DNA of 64,000 nucleotides from Phoronis australis (taxonomy: Eukaryota; Animalia; Phoronida). The stretch covers positions 15,462 to 79,461 of the forward strand of contig NMRA01000482.1 of NCBI GenBank assembly GCA_002633005.1, written 5' to 3'. Shown piece after piece: positions 1 through 12,100 of this stretch (position 1 is its first letter; each line of letters opens with the position of its first letter). Position numbers and translations under genes: made by a program. The notes beneath the pieces are model-generated. The model was not told the origin of the DNA. It did not search any database and saw only the letters and a list, made by a program, of their open reading frames with translations.

Positions 1-644
1 TTAATTTAGGTACACAGCAACTGAAAAAATGGATAAATCACGTCATTTTAAATCTCCATATCGCTCCGTTATGGCCACTTCGACTTGGATGGATTTTGGC
101 TCTTTCAAACAATATTTATGCGTTCCTTGACGAGAATTCCAGCAAGTCAAGTTTCGCCTAATTCAGCTTTTCATTCATTTTTATACCGTGTATGGTCGCT
201 GGCAAAATAAGATACCATCAAGATTTTAGTCTAGATGTTTCCTAACTCGGTTTTTGGCCATAACACTAGTTATAGGAATCTGATTATGAGCGCGCAAGAG
301 AAGACGGAACATATTTGCGACGTTTCGGTTACTCAAAGTTAATGAGCCTAAACGTCAGAAAATATTTGTTTTCTTTTTCTCGCTTATAATGATTTTCAAG
401 GGTTTCCGTCATTCAATTTCGGTAAGGTCGTCGCTTTCTCGCAAAACTACCGATTGGATGATCAATTACGCACTTATTTGCTCTCCGTTTTAACGTTGAT
501 CATCGTCAATACACCTCCAAAAATTGCACATCGTCTTTGCGCAAACTACACTGAGATTTAAGTCTCCCGAAAAAAGTTGAAGATCGGATAGTGTTTAAAA
601 GTCTAATTCTAAATTTCTCCAGTTAGTGCACAAATGAAGTAAAA

Positions 645-795
645 GAAAGTAGTTCTGCTTGTCGCGTCGGCTGTTGGTATCATTATCTCGATTTATTACC
701 CACAACGCGTGACTGGACAAAGCCTTTTCAATTTAGCCGGTGGAGCGTGAGACCCCTGAGGTCCCAATCGAGTCCTCACGACAACTTTGCGTTAT
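645..795. repeat. Dispersed ~150-bp repeat, copy 1 (copy 2 at ~30292-30449)
   Basis: Both loci share the collinear blocks agtagttct..cttg, cacaa.g.gtgactgg.caaagc.ttttcaa and gtgagacccctgaggtccc..tcacg.caa.ttt.cgtta. Confidence 0.7.
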
Positions 796-867
796 GTCTC
801 ACAATACTGCTACTTCAACGAAAGCCGAGAAACGAACAACAAACCAAAGAGACATTTTCGACTAAAT

Positions 868-2057
868 ATGTCGTTCGTACACGACATGTCATGCGAGTGT
901 GCCAAGAGCGAATTCGATCTGTTTACCTTTCCTCCTTCTCAGACAAGCATTGAATTTGGACAATGGATAGAGCACCACTCCGTCGCCAATGTGACCTATC
1001 GGGTCCCTTAGAATGTTTTATTTCAGGATCTGGGGATGAATATTTGGACTTAGCCAACAGCAATCTTTACGTGAAAGCCAAGATCACCAAAGCAGGCAAC
1101 AGCAAGCTCGACCCAGACACCAAAGTAGCACCGACTAATCTTTGGTTATACTCGCTGTTTTCTCAAGTGGACGTGTCTCTCAACGAAAAGCTCATAGCGT
1201 ATTCTTACGCTTATCGCTCTTGTCTTGAAACCCTTCTCTCCTATGGTGGTGAAGCCAAGAATGGAAAGCTGGCAGCTGCGCTCATGGTATAAAGACATGA
1301 GTGATAAATTTGACGTAACGACCGACGCGAATGTTGGGCAAAACGCGAAAGTCTCTGACAGTCGAAAGTGCCAACGTGGACATGATAGGAAGGCTACACA
1401 GCGAAATGTTCATGCAAGACCGGTACCTGCTCAACAATGTGGATGTCAAGATTCCCTGGTCCGATCTAAAAACGCCTTCGCGCTGATGGCTGCCGATGCC
1501 ACCAAAGGCTTCAAAGTTAAGATCGAAGAAGCAGGCCTCTTGGTCAGAAAGGGTCAAACTCAGTTCGGCGGTTCAGAAAATCTGTCCCTGGGACAGATTC
1601 CGAAAAAAGTGGTTCTGGGATTCTGCAACACAAATGCCTTCAACGGAGCGTACATCAAGAATGGCTTCAATTTCAAGCACTACAACATCAATTTCCTATC
1701 GTTGTACGTCGACGGTAAACAAATATCTTCCAAACCAATTCAATCAAAATTTGGCCACACGTACTTTAATAGCTGTGCGAGCATATTTTTGGGTACAAGG
1801 AACAATTACCAAGACGAAAGTAACGACATTAGTCGTGCAGATTACCCAAAGGAAAACATGTTGTTTGCTTATGATCTCACACCCGATATCTCTTACGGGT
1901 CTTATTTCAACTTGATAAAACAAGGAAACCGTGACATGCGCATTGAGGTTTGTTTTCACTCGTGCCGAGTAGCATCAACGCGCTTGTGTACGCAAAGTTT
2001 GAAAACGTGGTCGAAGCTGATCGCTCCAGGAACGTTCTGTTCGATTTTACACCTTGA
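868..2057 (+). pseudogene. Decayed Polinton/Maverick (adintovirus-type) major capsid protein (hexon-like)
   Basis: Stitching frames gives MSFVHDMSCECAKSEFDLFTFPPSQTSIEFGQWIEH..GPLECFISGSGDEYLDLANSNLYVKAKI..SLFSQVDVSLNEKLI..YAYRSCLETLLSYG..ENLSLGQIPKKVVLGF..AFNGAYIKNGFNFKHYNINFLSLYVDG..LFAYDLTPD..LVYAKFENVVEADRSRNVLFDFTP*. These motifs are characteristic of animal Polinton/adintovirus MCP. There are several frameshifts and an apparent internal deletion near 1575. Confidence 0.88.
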
Positions 2058-2062
2058 ACATC

Positions 2063-2497
2063 ACGAATACCTACGAGATTGAAGCCATCTTGTCGCAGGA
2101 TCCTTTTGATGGATTAGTATTCGACAGATGCTTTCCGAGTGACCAGCTCAAAAATGTTGACGTGAAACAGTATCCAAGTCCTTACGTGTGTAAATGCGTT
2201 CCCAGTTATAAGCCCGACACGCACTGAGTTGCCATGTACCAGACGAACAGCAAGCGTGGAGAATATTTTGATTCCTACGGCATTGCGCCCTTATAATCGA
2301 ACCCCAGCATTTGCGATTTTATGCGACGCAACACTGTTTCTTGGAAAGCCAAAACAAAACGACTTCAAGATGCAAACTCTTTAGCCTGCGGTCAATATTG
2401 TATAATTTACATGTTGTACCACTGTAAAGAAAAAATCTTGGAATCTATTGTCAGCATGAATGACGAAGCCGTGTCTCACTTTGTTCAGTCTTTATGA
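2063..2497 (+). pseudogene. Decayed adenain-type (adenovirus-like) cysteine maturation protease of a Polinton/adintovirus
   Basis: One frame from ACG (mutated ATG): TNTYEIEAILSQDPF..CFPSDQL..KPDTH*VAMY..RGEYFDSYGIAP..RLQDANSLACGQYCIIYML..NDEAVSHFV*. The catalytic HW, FDSYG and Q-x5-CG motifs are recognisable. It has two in-frame stops and lies immediately after the capsid gene, the usual order. Confidence 0.88.
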
Positions 2498-3073
2498 TGC
2501 AGTTTAACCTTTCGTGCGATGATGTTCTGTGTGTTGATGCTGTAAAATTATGTAAAAATTCACAGCTGTTGCCTGTTTAAGTGTAATTGAACAACACTTA
2601 TTTTCCCCAAGGACGTTCGTGAATGTAATGCACGGAGTGTGACGCCCAGTTGGCCTAGATGTCAAACATTCATTTCTTTTAATACTGTCAGGTGTAACAT
2701 CTCGGGCCGGGTCATCATCTGCCACCTAACGTTTGATCGTTTATTCTTGTTTACAAGATCTATTGTTCGTCTCTTGTGTTGTGTGTTTAATAAATAATTA
2801 TATGAAACCACTATTGTCGGTACTCAAACTCATCCAAATCACCGGATACTGTTCAATTGACACTTTTTCCGTCCATCTATAGACGTAAAACAATGACCAC
2901 ACGTCCTCAGATGCAAAAAAATGGCTACGACTCCTTGACCTTTGGCTGACCGGAGGCATGGCTTATTTCCGGAATCGTCCTACTTATCCTCACAAGGATC
3001 CTAATAAAGATCCTAAAGATAATACGTCTCAGAGCCCTATGCTACACGCACTGGGTTGCAATGTAAATGTACC

Positions 3074-3161
3074 TGACGGACAGCAAGCGTGGAGAACATT
3101 TTGATTCCTACGGCATTGTACCCTTAATCGGACTGAGACATTTGCGATTTAATTCGACGCA
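3074..3161 (+). pseudogene. Second partial copy of the protease gene (FDSYG segment)
   Basis: gacggacagcaagcgtggagaacattttgattcctacggcattg...catttgcgattt..cgacgcaa closely matches 2242-2331. Confidence 0.75.
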
Positions 3162-4803
3162 AATATTCCGTAGAATTTGATAACTGACTTTATGCCAATC
3201 TGCCACTAATTAGGTCCCGTGACCTTGCTTTTTATAAACTTCAGGGAAATGAAAAGTATATTCATAGCAAAACAAGTACAGGATCAATGACATGACCAAG
3301 TTTCATATCATATCAGTGTTCAAAATAAAATCTCTAAAACGCTGTTGTTTTCTAAATTATCGTTTCGTTTTCACTTTATGCAACTTTACATGCAAATGTT
3401 TATTTCGTAAACATTATTCATTGATAGCCTCTCAGGCAGAAGCGGACCCAGGTTTTACAAACAATTTTTAAAGGCGTTTTGGTGAACAAATCATAGTCTC
3501 TTTGAGTTTCATGTTTCAGCTTAATCCGACTAACCATTTCTAAGATACGATTTCCGAAGCTGGCCAAAATTGGATTTCTTTCTAGGATCCTCCTGGGATA
3601 TTCATGACACCTAAAGATTGCGTTTGCTTTTTCATGTCCCATAATTCTGGATAAAATGATGCGTTTATGGAGAAAGTTCGTTTGTCAGCGCTTTTGGCTA
3701 AAATTTCACAGGTCCACAGCGAAATCTTGATTTGGATCTAGTAAACTTACGGTTTTGAGCGTTGTGTTCAACTCAGATATTTCAGATAGCGCTGGCCCGC
3801 AGACACGTACACCTTTTGTTGCTCGTGCATGATTCTGCGTATACTTAAGCTACATTATTTCGCACTATAGTTAGACTGTACAAGAATATATGCATATAAA
3901 ACAGCTTTCGTTTGTCAGTTTTGGTTAGATGGCCTACTTACATAATGAATTATTTAAAGTATAATTCTACTCCTGCGAAGACAAGGGTGGGACAGGGTTT
4001 GTACAGTGCTGCGCATTAAAGTCATCCGTTTTTAGACGTTTTAAAAAACATCGTGAATCTGCATAAAAACCATTGAAACATACTCCCTGACACTTAATTA
4101 GAACTTTCGTAAGTATGGGGTCGATCTGCTACCTGCACATATTTTTTCTTTTATTTTTTATTTTCTTAAAACCTGCGTGATCAAAACAAACGAATGTTGC
4201 CCATAATGCTGTGCGGCCGTTTGACCTTTCGGCAACTCGAGACAAATAGTCAGCTGTTTCCGCCGGTACTGCATCGAAGAAGACAAGTATAAGCTAGGTG
4301 TGACCCAGACAAGTTTAAAAGTTAGCCCCTGATATTGAGATTCGCGGTTGTATGGTGAGCGGACATCAACGTGAAATTAAAAGAAAGAGGCGATACAGCT
4401 CGGTGAAGAGGCGGGTACTGGCCAAAGCGTTGGTCGAGCCCAATTTTTATTGCCAAGAAGTCAGTGTAGTACAATATAATAAACTCCTTGGACCGTAACT
4501 CGTCCTAATTTTTCATGATCAACCCATAGGAGCTGTCAATGAGCTTTATATATATTCATCTCATTGGGAGCCGTCTAGTCTCTATATCTACTTCAATGAG
4601 TACGTACACTCCTGGGTTGAACAATGAAGCAGCCGATTCGAATGATGTCCACGAAAAATGATGACGTAGTGCGCACTGTCCCTGTGGAATGTCTGAAAGT
4701 TTGTGACGAAGTGTATGAGATTGGGTAAGTTCATTCATCGTGTAACTAGCCTACGTGTAAACATAAATGCTTCGTGTGGAAATGTTAAACGATGATATGA
4801 TAA

Positions 4804-5346
4804 TGTAGTAATAGCCGAGATTACTCGACCCGGGGATCGAACCCGCGACCCCCATAAAACCCGGCAAGCGTGCTAACCATTCAGCTAATACTAAGCAATT
4901 GCCCGTTAGCGAGTAGCTAACAGAGGCTCATATAATTCACCGGAAGCACATCTACAACATTCCCCCCTTTCCTACGGAACGGGCACGCGACAGGAAGGTG
5001 AACACCAGGATGTCTCACATACAGGTCATCAACGTCCTTTGGTACCTTTACCACCACAACACAGGTGAACACAAGGTCGTCTCTCATACAGGTCCTTGAC
5101 TCCTGGAACCTTCCACGCGCGCTGATCCGAGGTCCGTGGGTACTTGTTGGCAGTGCTTCATCGGTAGATCATCCGTTTGCCGACTACGCCATTTGTAGTA
5201 ATAGCCGAGATTACCCGACCCGGGGATCGAACCCGCGACCCCCATAAAACCCGGCAAGCGTGCTAACCATTCAGCTAATAGGCAATTGCCCGTTAGCGAG
5301 TAGCTAACAGAGGCTCATATAATTCACCGGAAGCACATCTACAACA
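4804..5346 (-). mobile_element. Complete non-autonomous LTR retrotransposon (TRIM) with tRNA-like LTRs (Helenus-type)
   Basis: Near-identical TG..CA direct repeats at 4804-4959 and 5194-5346. 4-bp TSD ATAA at 4800-4803 and 5347-5350. On the - strand, PBS TGGCGTAGTCGGCA (5191-5178, complementary to the tRNA-Ser 3' end) and PPT AGGAAAGGGGGGAA (4973-4960). The interior is 234 bp and non-coding. Confidence 0.93.
5211..5285 (-). promoter_or_regulatory. tRNA-derived Pol III internal promoter (A and B box) within the 5' LTR; second copy at ~4821-4898
   Basis: The - strand reads TAGCTGAATGGTTAGC (A box, D-arm GCT/AGC) ... GCGGGTTCGATCCCCG (B box, T-arm CGGG/CCCG). The anticodon arm is degenerate, so this is not called as a tRNA gene. 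Confidence 0.8.
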
Positions 5347-8300
5347 ATAATATTCGGTTTTGAGAACCAGTTTTCTGAAGTCGCTTAGCGGTACCGGCCA
5401 TGCCCCTGACCCGGGCATGCGTGGCAAATTTTGGATGTGTTCAAGTTCTGTTCCGCTGAGCTGAGCTGGGTTGGGTTGGTTAAAAGCAAGAATCTCGTTG
5501 CATAATCTAGTTGTTCACGGGGTTTGACAGTGATACATGGCAATATCTCGCGAAGTCTTGCGTGACCTTGTGTTTTCGCAAGTGTATTGCGTTTGGAGAG
5601 CAGGTGCCTTAGACAGTGCCACCGCCTCTAGTTAGCAGTTTGAGATAGTGATGCTGGTGATATTAGTCTGTTATAGCATGCCCGTTTCAAACTTTGTCGA
5701 CAGTACCTAAACAATAAAATGAAGTATCGCAATTTACAATTTCCCACTCTGGATCAGGACCACTTCTTTACACCCAGCTTTTTGTGAAATCAACAACAAT
5801 GAGAAGATATACTCGACAAATTATATTTGCCTCCTGATCATTTTCCAGCCTCAATCCAACTTGTCCGCCAATGAACCCATGTTCGCGACAGGACAAATAT
5901 TGTCTTCTCGCAAATGCAAATGAACTTGCATTTGCGAGAGGCCAAAAAATAAGTACACAAGAAAACGCGAGACTTCCATTTCAAGTGTAAAAGAGAAATT
6001 TGAAAAAGTTTTTGTCGTTTCGTCCGCTAATTATGTCATATCTAACTATCGGCCAAGAGTGGCCAGTGTAGCATAAATGATGACTGTGAAAAATTGACCC
6101 ATTGCACTGGCAATTATAATCGTTAGTCATGCAATCAACGGATACAGAAGAGGGGGAACCTATATAAGGAGTGGAGGGTGTGGGTGCAGGGGGTGTGGGA
6201 GTTCCGGTTGGATTCATCTTAACCAAAGGGAAGTTTTGTCATTTCACCGGCTAATTACGTTATATGGCATATCATATGTCCTGTTGCGTGCAGTGTAAAA
6301 CTGGCCAGTAGCCAATTTATGAAACTGAATGAAGCACTGCTAAAAAAACAAGTTTGATTACGGGTGTATTTGTTCGAGTTAGAAGGACATCGACGTCCTC
6401 CTAAGGTATCCCTCCATGCGCAAGAGAGACTAATAGCAATGTAACTTTGATTGTTCGATCAATGTGAGGCATAATTCGCAGAAGCATCGTGTTTATGAAG
6501 GGCCAATGGGAGCATCAACATCTCTATTGCCAAGTAGAGGCAGTAGCACTGTCTAAGTGCACCGACTTTTTATTTTTGAACTGGGCTTATCTTGAATTTC
6601 AGTGGTTAAATTCCATGTCATGAACACCTGTGTTTCATTTACATAGTCAGGGACATCGTTTACCTGAGGGGAAATGTGCCTCTTCTTTCCAAGAAGGCAT
6701 TTTCCATGTTAGAGAAAACTTCTTCCTCCAATACCCATTGCCGTTCTGCCATCCTTCGACTCTGCCTCAACTATTTTGTGCGATTTCTAATCACCACCTA
6801 TGCGAACAAGTGATTCTAACTTAGAGATTTTTTTAATCACTTAATTTTGTGAGATTTTTAAATAATGTTCAATGGCCAATATTGCACCCCCAAAATTCTG
6901 ACATTGAATGCTCTTGACAAGTTACTAGTACCTCTACTGTTCACCTGTCCCTCCAGACAACCCATTACTAGTACCATACCTATTCAACTAACTGGAAATA
7001 ATTGCATTGACCTCTTATCGGATTGAAAAAGTCAAATGAATATGTATGCCTACATATGTGGAACCAAGTCCTCAAATCCATGATCCATCAAGTGACTGGT
7101 AGTAGTGATCGTCTACTCTGTTGGCTGGTGTTATATACCTGTTTACTCGAAAGACTGCAGTCTCTGTCATGCTCTTGATAAGGAGCACACTGCTCGAAAT
7201 GTGGGAATATTTTAATTATTTTAGTACAAATGCTCGGTGTTTTATTTTTATTATTTTATATGCTTATCCGTCGGTAATTGCATGGCATTCTAGCATATTA
7301 TAACAAGTTACCTTATATCTTGGAGTAATTAAGTACTAGTAAGTTTTCAAAAGTTTGGCATATTGCCCTTTAACCTACCAAAAACCCGTTCCAGGAGTGA
7401 CTTGTTCTAAGGTAAGTCTATGTGTGGATGGCACTTATAAATATTGCATGTGATTTGTCATTAATGCTGGCATAAAGATGCAAGTTTTAAGAAGAATTTA
7501 GCGAGGCAACTGCTGTTACCCTGTCTGTCTTTGAATTTTTGGAATTGGAGTTATTCTCTGAAGATTACCACAGTTTATGTACAACAATCACCTGAAATAA
7601 CACCCTGTGCTGACATTCAACTTGTGAATGTCATAGCCATTAGAGCATTTAGAGTAAATTTTCAAACCAATGCCTTGACACTGTGTTTCCATGTTAGTTG
7701 ATTCCTGTCTCTGAGGTGAGATCCATAGGTGTTTTCAACTTGATGATGTTCAGTGCTTAAGAAGAACTTGTAGCATTCTTTTCACAGCATGAGAGCTCTG
7801 ATTGATGTAGGACTGACAGATCATGGCTACACTGTTTTTGTTTTCTAATGACAGTTCAGTAAAATCTCGCCGATTTAGGACACAGTGTGGCAAACAAGTG
7901 AAATTTTCTGTTTCCTAAATTTTCATAAAAGATATTAAGTAGGTCACAAAATAAATGCCAAAAAACTTATATTCCATAGCTACATTTGGACAATGTTTTG
8001 AGAAAATTCTGTGGGCATTCACAACGCTAGAAGCCTGTAGCAATGAAAAAGCCCAACTTTGTCGAAATTGCTGAGATTTTGCTGCACAGTTTGACCTGCA
8101 GTTGTCCATGTGTGCTTTGATTAATGTTGCCATTTCTAAGATGTTCTAAATTTTCTAATTATTTGCACCATATTTTTTAAATGGGAAGTTTGCAGTTTTT
8201 TACAAATTGTAATGGTGATTACAAATCATTAACGAAAGTTGTTTATTTTGCCAAAAGCCAGGCCCCAAATTTTAGGTTTTTTGAAAGAAAAATGTTGACA

Positions 8301-9017
8301 TTTGTCAGTCTGCACCATCTATATGTATTGCCCATAGGAAAGTTTAAAGGAATAGTACAGTAAATTGTTGCCTATTGACCTCCCAATATGGCTGACAAGT
8401 GATTTTTATGTCTAAATTTTCAGCAGAAAGGAAGTATACGAAATGTCAGTCCAGTATTAGCTTGATTTGTGCTGTGCAGGTGCCATCAAGCTCACTTGAT
8501 AAAAATTATATGTAGCAAGTTAATCAACCTCTAAAATTACAATGTTGGCAGTTATTTTTGGGCAAAATAATGAAGAATTATGATCATAACAAAGACGTAT
8601 GAAGAATAAGGAAAATTACAGAACAGCCTCATCTTAAATAACAAATCTGTCATGTATGAAGGCCTGTGCATTTCTATGTTGTGTACAGCCCAAATTTCTT
8701 TGACCTTATAATGTGTGTAAAATCAAAAGTTAATCAGTTAACCTCTCCACCAATCCCTTTAAAGCTATTGAATTTCCCCTAACACCCACCTGTTGTGTAA
8801 TCACTTGTGACAGGTGCTGATGCTTTAATAATAAAACTGTTTCTCTAATCCAAAATTTGATGGATGATCCCATCGATCAATAAATTTCTATTAACACGTT
8901 GGTATCACAGTTGTTCAAGATCTATTTCCACGTGTACACTTTTTTGATTTATCAAATGATTTCCTTTCAGTTTGACCACAGTCTCTCGCGTGTGTGTGAG
9001 TGTGTACATAAGTGGAT

Positions 9018-9162
9018 ATGGCAAGGTGGAGTATATTGGTATTGACCCTCCTGTTGGTTGGTTTCTGTCATTGTACAATAGATGAGGTGCTCAAGGAAAC
9101 CAACTGGAAAAAGAATCACAATGTCGATGAAAGCGAGGATTTCGATCACCTTGCAGTACTAG
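9018..9162 (+). CDS. RCN2: RCN2-like coding exon 1 (signal peptide)
   Basis: ATG 9018; MARWSILVLTLLLVGFCHCTIDEVLKETNWKKNHNVDESEDFDHLAVL; donor GTAATA; upstream acceptor ttcctttcag at 8961-8970. Confidence 0.85.
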
Positions 9163-12100
9163 GTAATACTTGCTTTTAGTTTTAAGGTGCCTTTGAACAC
9201 CATTTCTGATTGAAAACAATCCCTCTTCAGTGAGGATTACAACTTGTACATGCAGGGCTTGATTTGGTGCCCAATGAGACTTCAGAGGCTAACCTCGTAT
9301 GAGGGTCCTTTGTTTTAGAAGTTTTAGTTCCCATTTGGTGACCTAGGAATTGTGCCGGTCACATTTGGTGAGTTGGCAATATTTGTTACTATTACTATGT
9401 CTTCTCCTGACATAGCCAAAGTAATCTGACAAAATACCATTTCCACGTTATGAAGGCTACTTCTGTTTACCCAAAAAATGACTAACAATTATCCCGGGAT
9501 AACAGAATGACTTACTGTAGCCACTTCAATGCTTCTCTAACGATGAATCCAGCTTCCACCTGGCTGCTGTGATGGGAAATTCTGGGACATTTTGTCTCAA
9601 TGCTTTTTGCTGTGTGCTGTGTCTATGTGCAGCATCTGTAGACAATTTTTCTGTCTTTAGAAACATATTTATTGTTACTTTGAGACGTATGAAGAACTAA
9701 ACTTAACCTTTCAGTTAGTCACAATTTAACATGAACATGTCAAACTCTCTTGCCCATCTTTTTTACTCAAATTAGTTACTTTTTTGACTTGGGAATAACA
9801 GACTGATCACAATAAGTTGACATTTTTAGAACTTGCTTTGTGCCCTGAAAAGCAGTATGGTATTTATTTTGTAACTTGGTATTTCATTACTGAGAGTTTT
9901 AATGTCAGGTTCCAGAAAGGAAGATAAAGAATACGATGAAGGCTCAGAAGAAGATGCCCGTGAAAAGTTGACAGAGATATTTCATCAAATGGACCTCAAC
10001 GATGATGAATTTATCTCCCGTGATGAACTGAAGGAGTGGATTAAAGGATCCTTAGAGTATGTACATCTCAGGTTTAAGAATTTTTTTAAATGCATTGTTC
10101 AGAACACTGTGAAATAAAGTACACAGTATTAGATTTGGGAGGGGGGATTCCCCCTTTGGATTCTGGAAAAAAATAGATTTATAGTAAAAATGATACGGAA
10201 ATAAATTATTTTTATCATTCATTATTTTGCGAACTTTTGTATGCGTGTGTGCATTGGGGGGAAGGCGCAGATATCGTGAAATGAAAAATGTTGAGCCTTC
10301 TCATGTTATCCTAGATTCGCCACTTGCTTGCATTTAACAATTTCTGATGCGAATTCTCCAATGACACTTGGTGAAATGAACGGTCTCACCCTTGACCCCA
10401 GCCAATAATTCTGCTTCACTGGGGAACTAGAAGTCCCACTTGTATCAAGAGTAGAACATTTAAAACACCCGGGAAGCGACTTGCAATAACTTTCCTAATC
10501 TTAAGTCAGTTTTGAAATTTCAAATGCCTCCATGTATGTATTTTAGCAAAAATCTTCAATTTCGCTTGGAACTTTTTCAAAATACGGTTTTCAAACTTTT
10601 TGGGCATCATATTACATCTGATTGTGCAACATCAGATCGAGCGGAACAAGAACGTGGAAGGTAACGGTGGTGTAATCGGCTAGCCAATTGGATGTTTGTT
10701 TACAAATGGCTGGTTGGGGTGTCATTCGAAAATCTTGGCTTGATGGAATCTCAGATTTTTGTTGGACAAGGTTTGCCAATTAATCTAGAATGAAAAAGTT
10801 TTCATTTATCCAGAATATTTCACAAAGTTGACCTTTTTTGCATGAGTCATTTAAACATCTTGTAATTTAGCCATCTGATGGCTGCAAAGAAAACCACCCT
10901 TTAGGTGCACTGAATATTTTTGCAACAGAAATGTGCATTATATATTAGAAAATGGCTATGGGTATCAGTCTACACATAGTTTTAGTTTTGGTAATGGCCA
11001 CTTGGGGGTCTTGTCATAGGAAAGCAATCATAGTGAAGAGGCAATTTCCAGTTGGAGAAGTAACCTCTCCTTGATGAGGTGTAACAAAAATGAGAATTTA
11101 CAGCAATTTGGTAAACAATCACAGCAAAAAGGAAAGCTTTTTTAAAATAACACAAAGCAGTTACATGTTTTTCACTGGCTGTGATTTCATCCAGCCTTTA
11201 TGATCGGCTTTACAACTATTATAAAATCTGAAACTTGTGAGTATAAGTGTAACATATGCCCTTCAGACGTTTTTAGCCTCAACTTTGTTTAATTGGGGAA
11301 ATTGTCTACACTGCTTCTGTATTTCAGAGGTGATTTACTCAAAATGGCACCTGTGTTCAAACTGGTTCATTAACCAACACTTGATCTTAGAGGTTGATTA
11401 ATTTTAAATATTTAGTTGAGGGACAGCTTTGCAGTCAAAGTGCTCAAGAATACAATTTTTAATCAGAAGCAACCACCATTGGCCATTAGGTATGTCAGCC
11501 AATGAAATGTCACCATCTGACAATGCACCAGCTGCATGTTGTAAGTTACAAAGTAGGACGATAACTTTGTAACAAAGAGAAGTTGTGCGTTGGACTAGTA
11601 GTTTTCACCAATCAGAAGCTTTTGCTTTTTGTGAGGTTGGTGACTTTTACGAACTATGAAATGTCTATGTACTGTTTACACCAGTCAATTCTTAGACCAG
11701 TTGAATTACAGTAATGATGATCGTTGGCTACTTTAGTTTTCCTTGTCAGTTGACTATGAAAACGGAGTTGCTGGAGAATGGGATTGCTAGATTTTAGTGA
11801 AACCTGACTTGGATTATACATGGCAGGGATGTATCAGCAGTTAATGTCAGCCTGTCATTCAATTGGTTGGGTAATATTTACTTATTGGGGTCCAGATTTT
11901 CAAGTGACCTTGCTATCACATTACTGGTATGCAGAACAGAGTTTTGACAGCATACTGTATATTGTTTACGCAAATGACCATCACTTTTCAGGCGTCTTGA
12001 CCTGGAATCTGCGAGGTTCGAGTTCAAGAAACGTGACCAGGTGTTGAACGACGAAGATGAACAAATCTCCTGGGATGAATATGTGATGCATACTTTTGGC

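Noticed and set aside
1225-2082. 285-aa ORF as an intact gene
   Set aside because: It is a chimera of out-of-frame and in-frame pieces of the frameshifted viral capsid pseudogene.
4821-5285. Two tRNA genes
   Set aside because: A/B boxes and D/T arms are present, but the anticodon arm and acceptor stem are degenerate and both copies are integral parts of LTRs.
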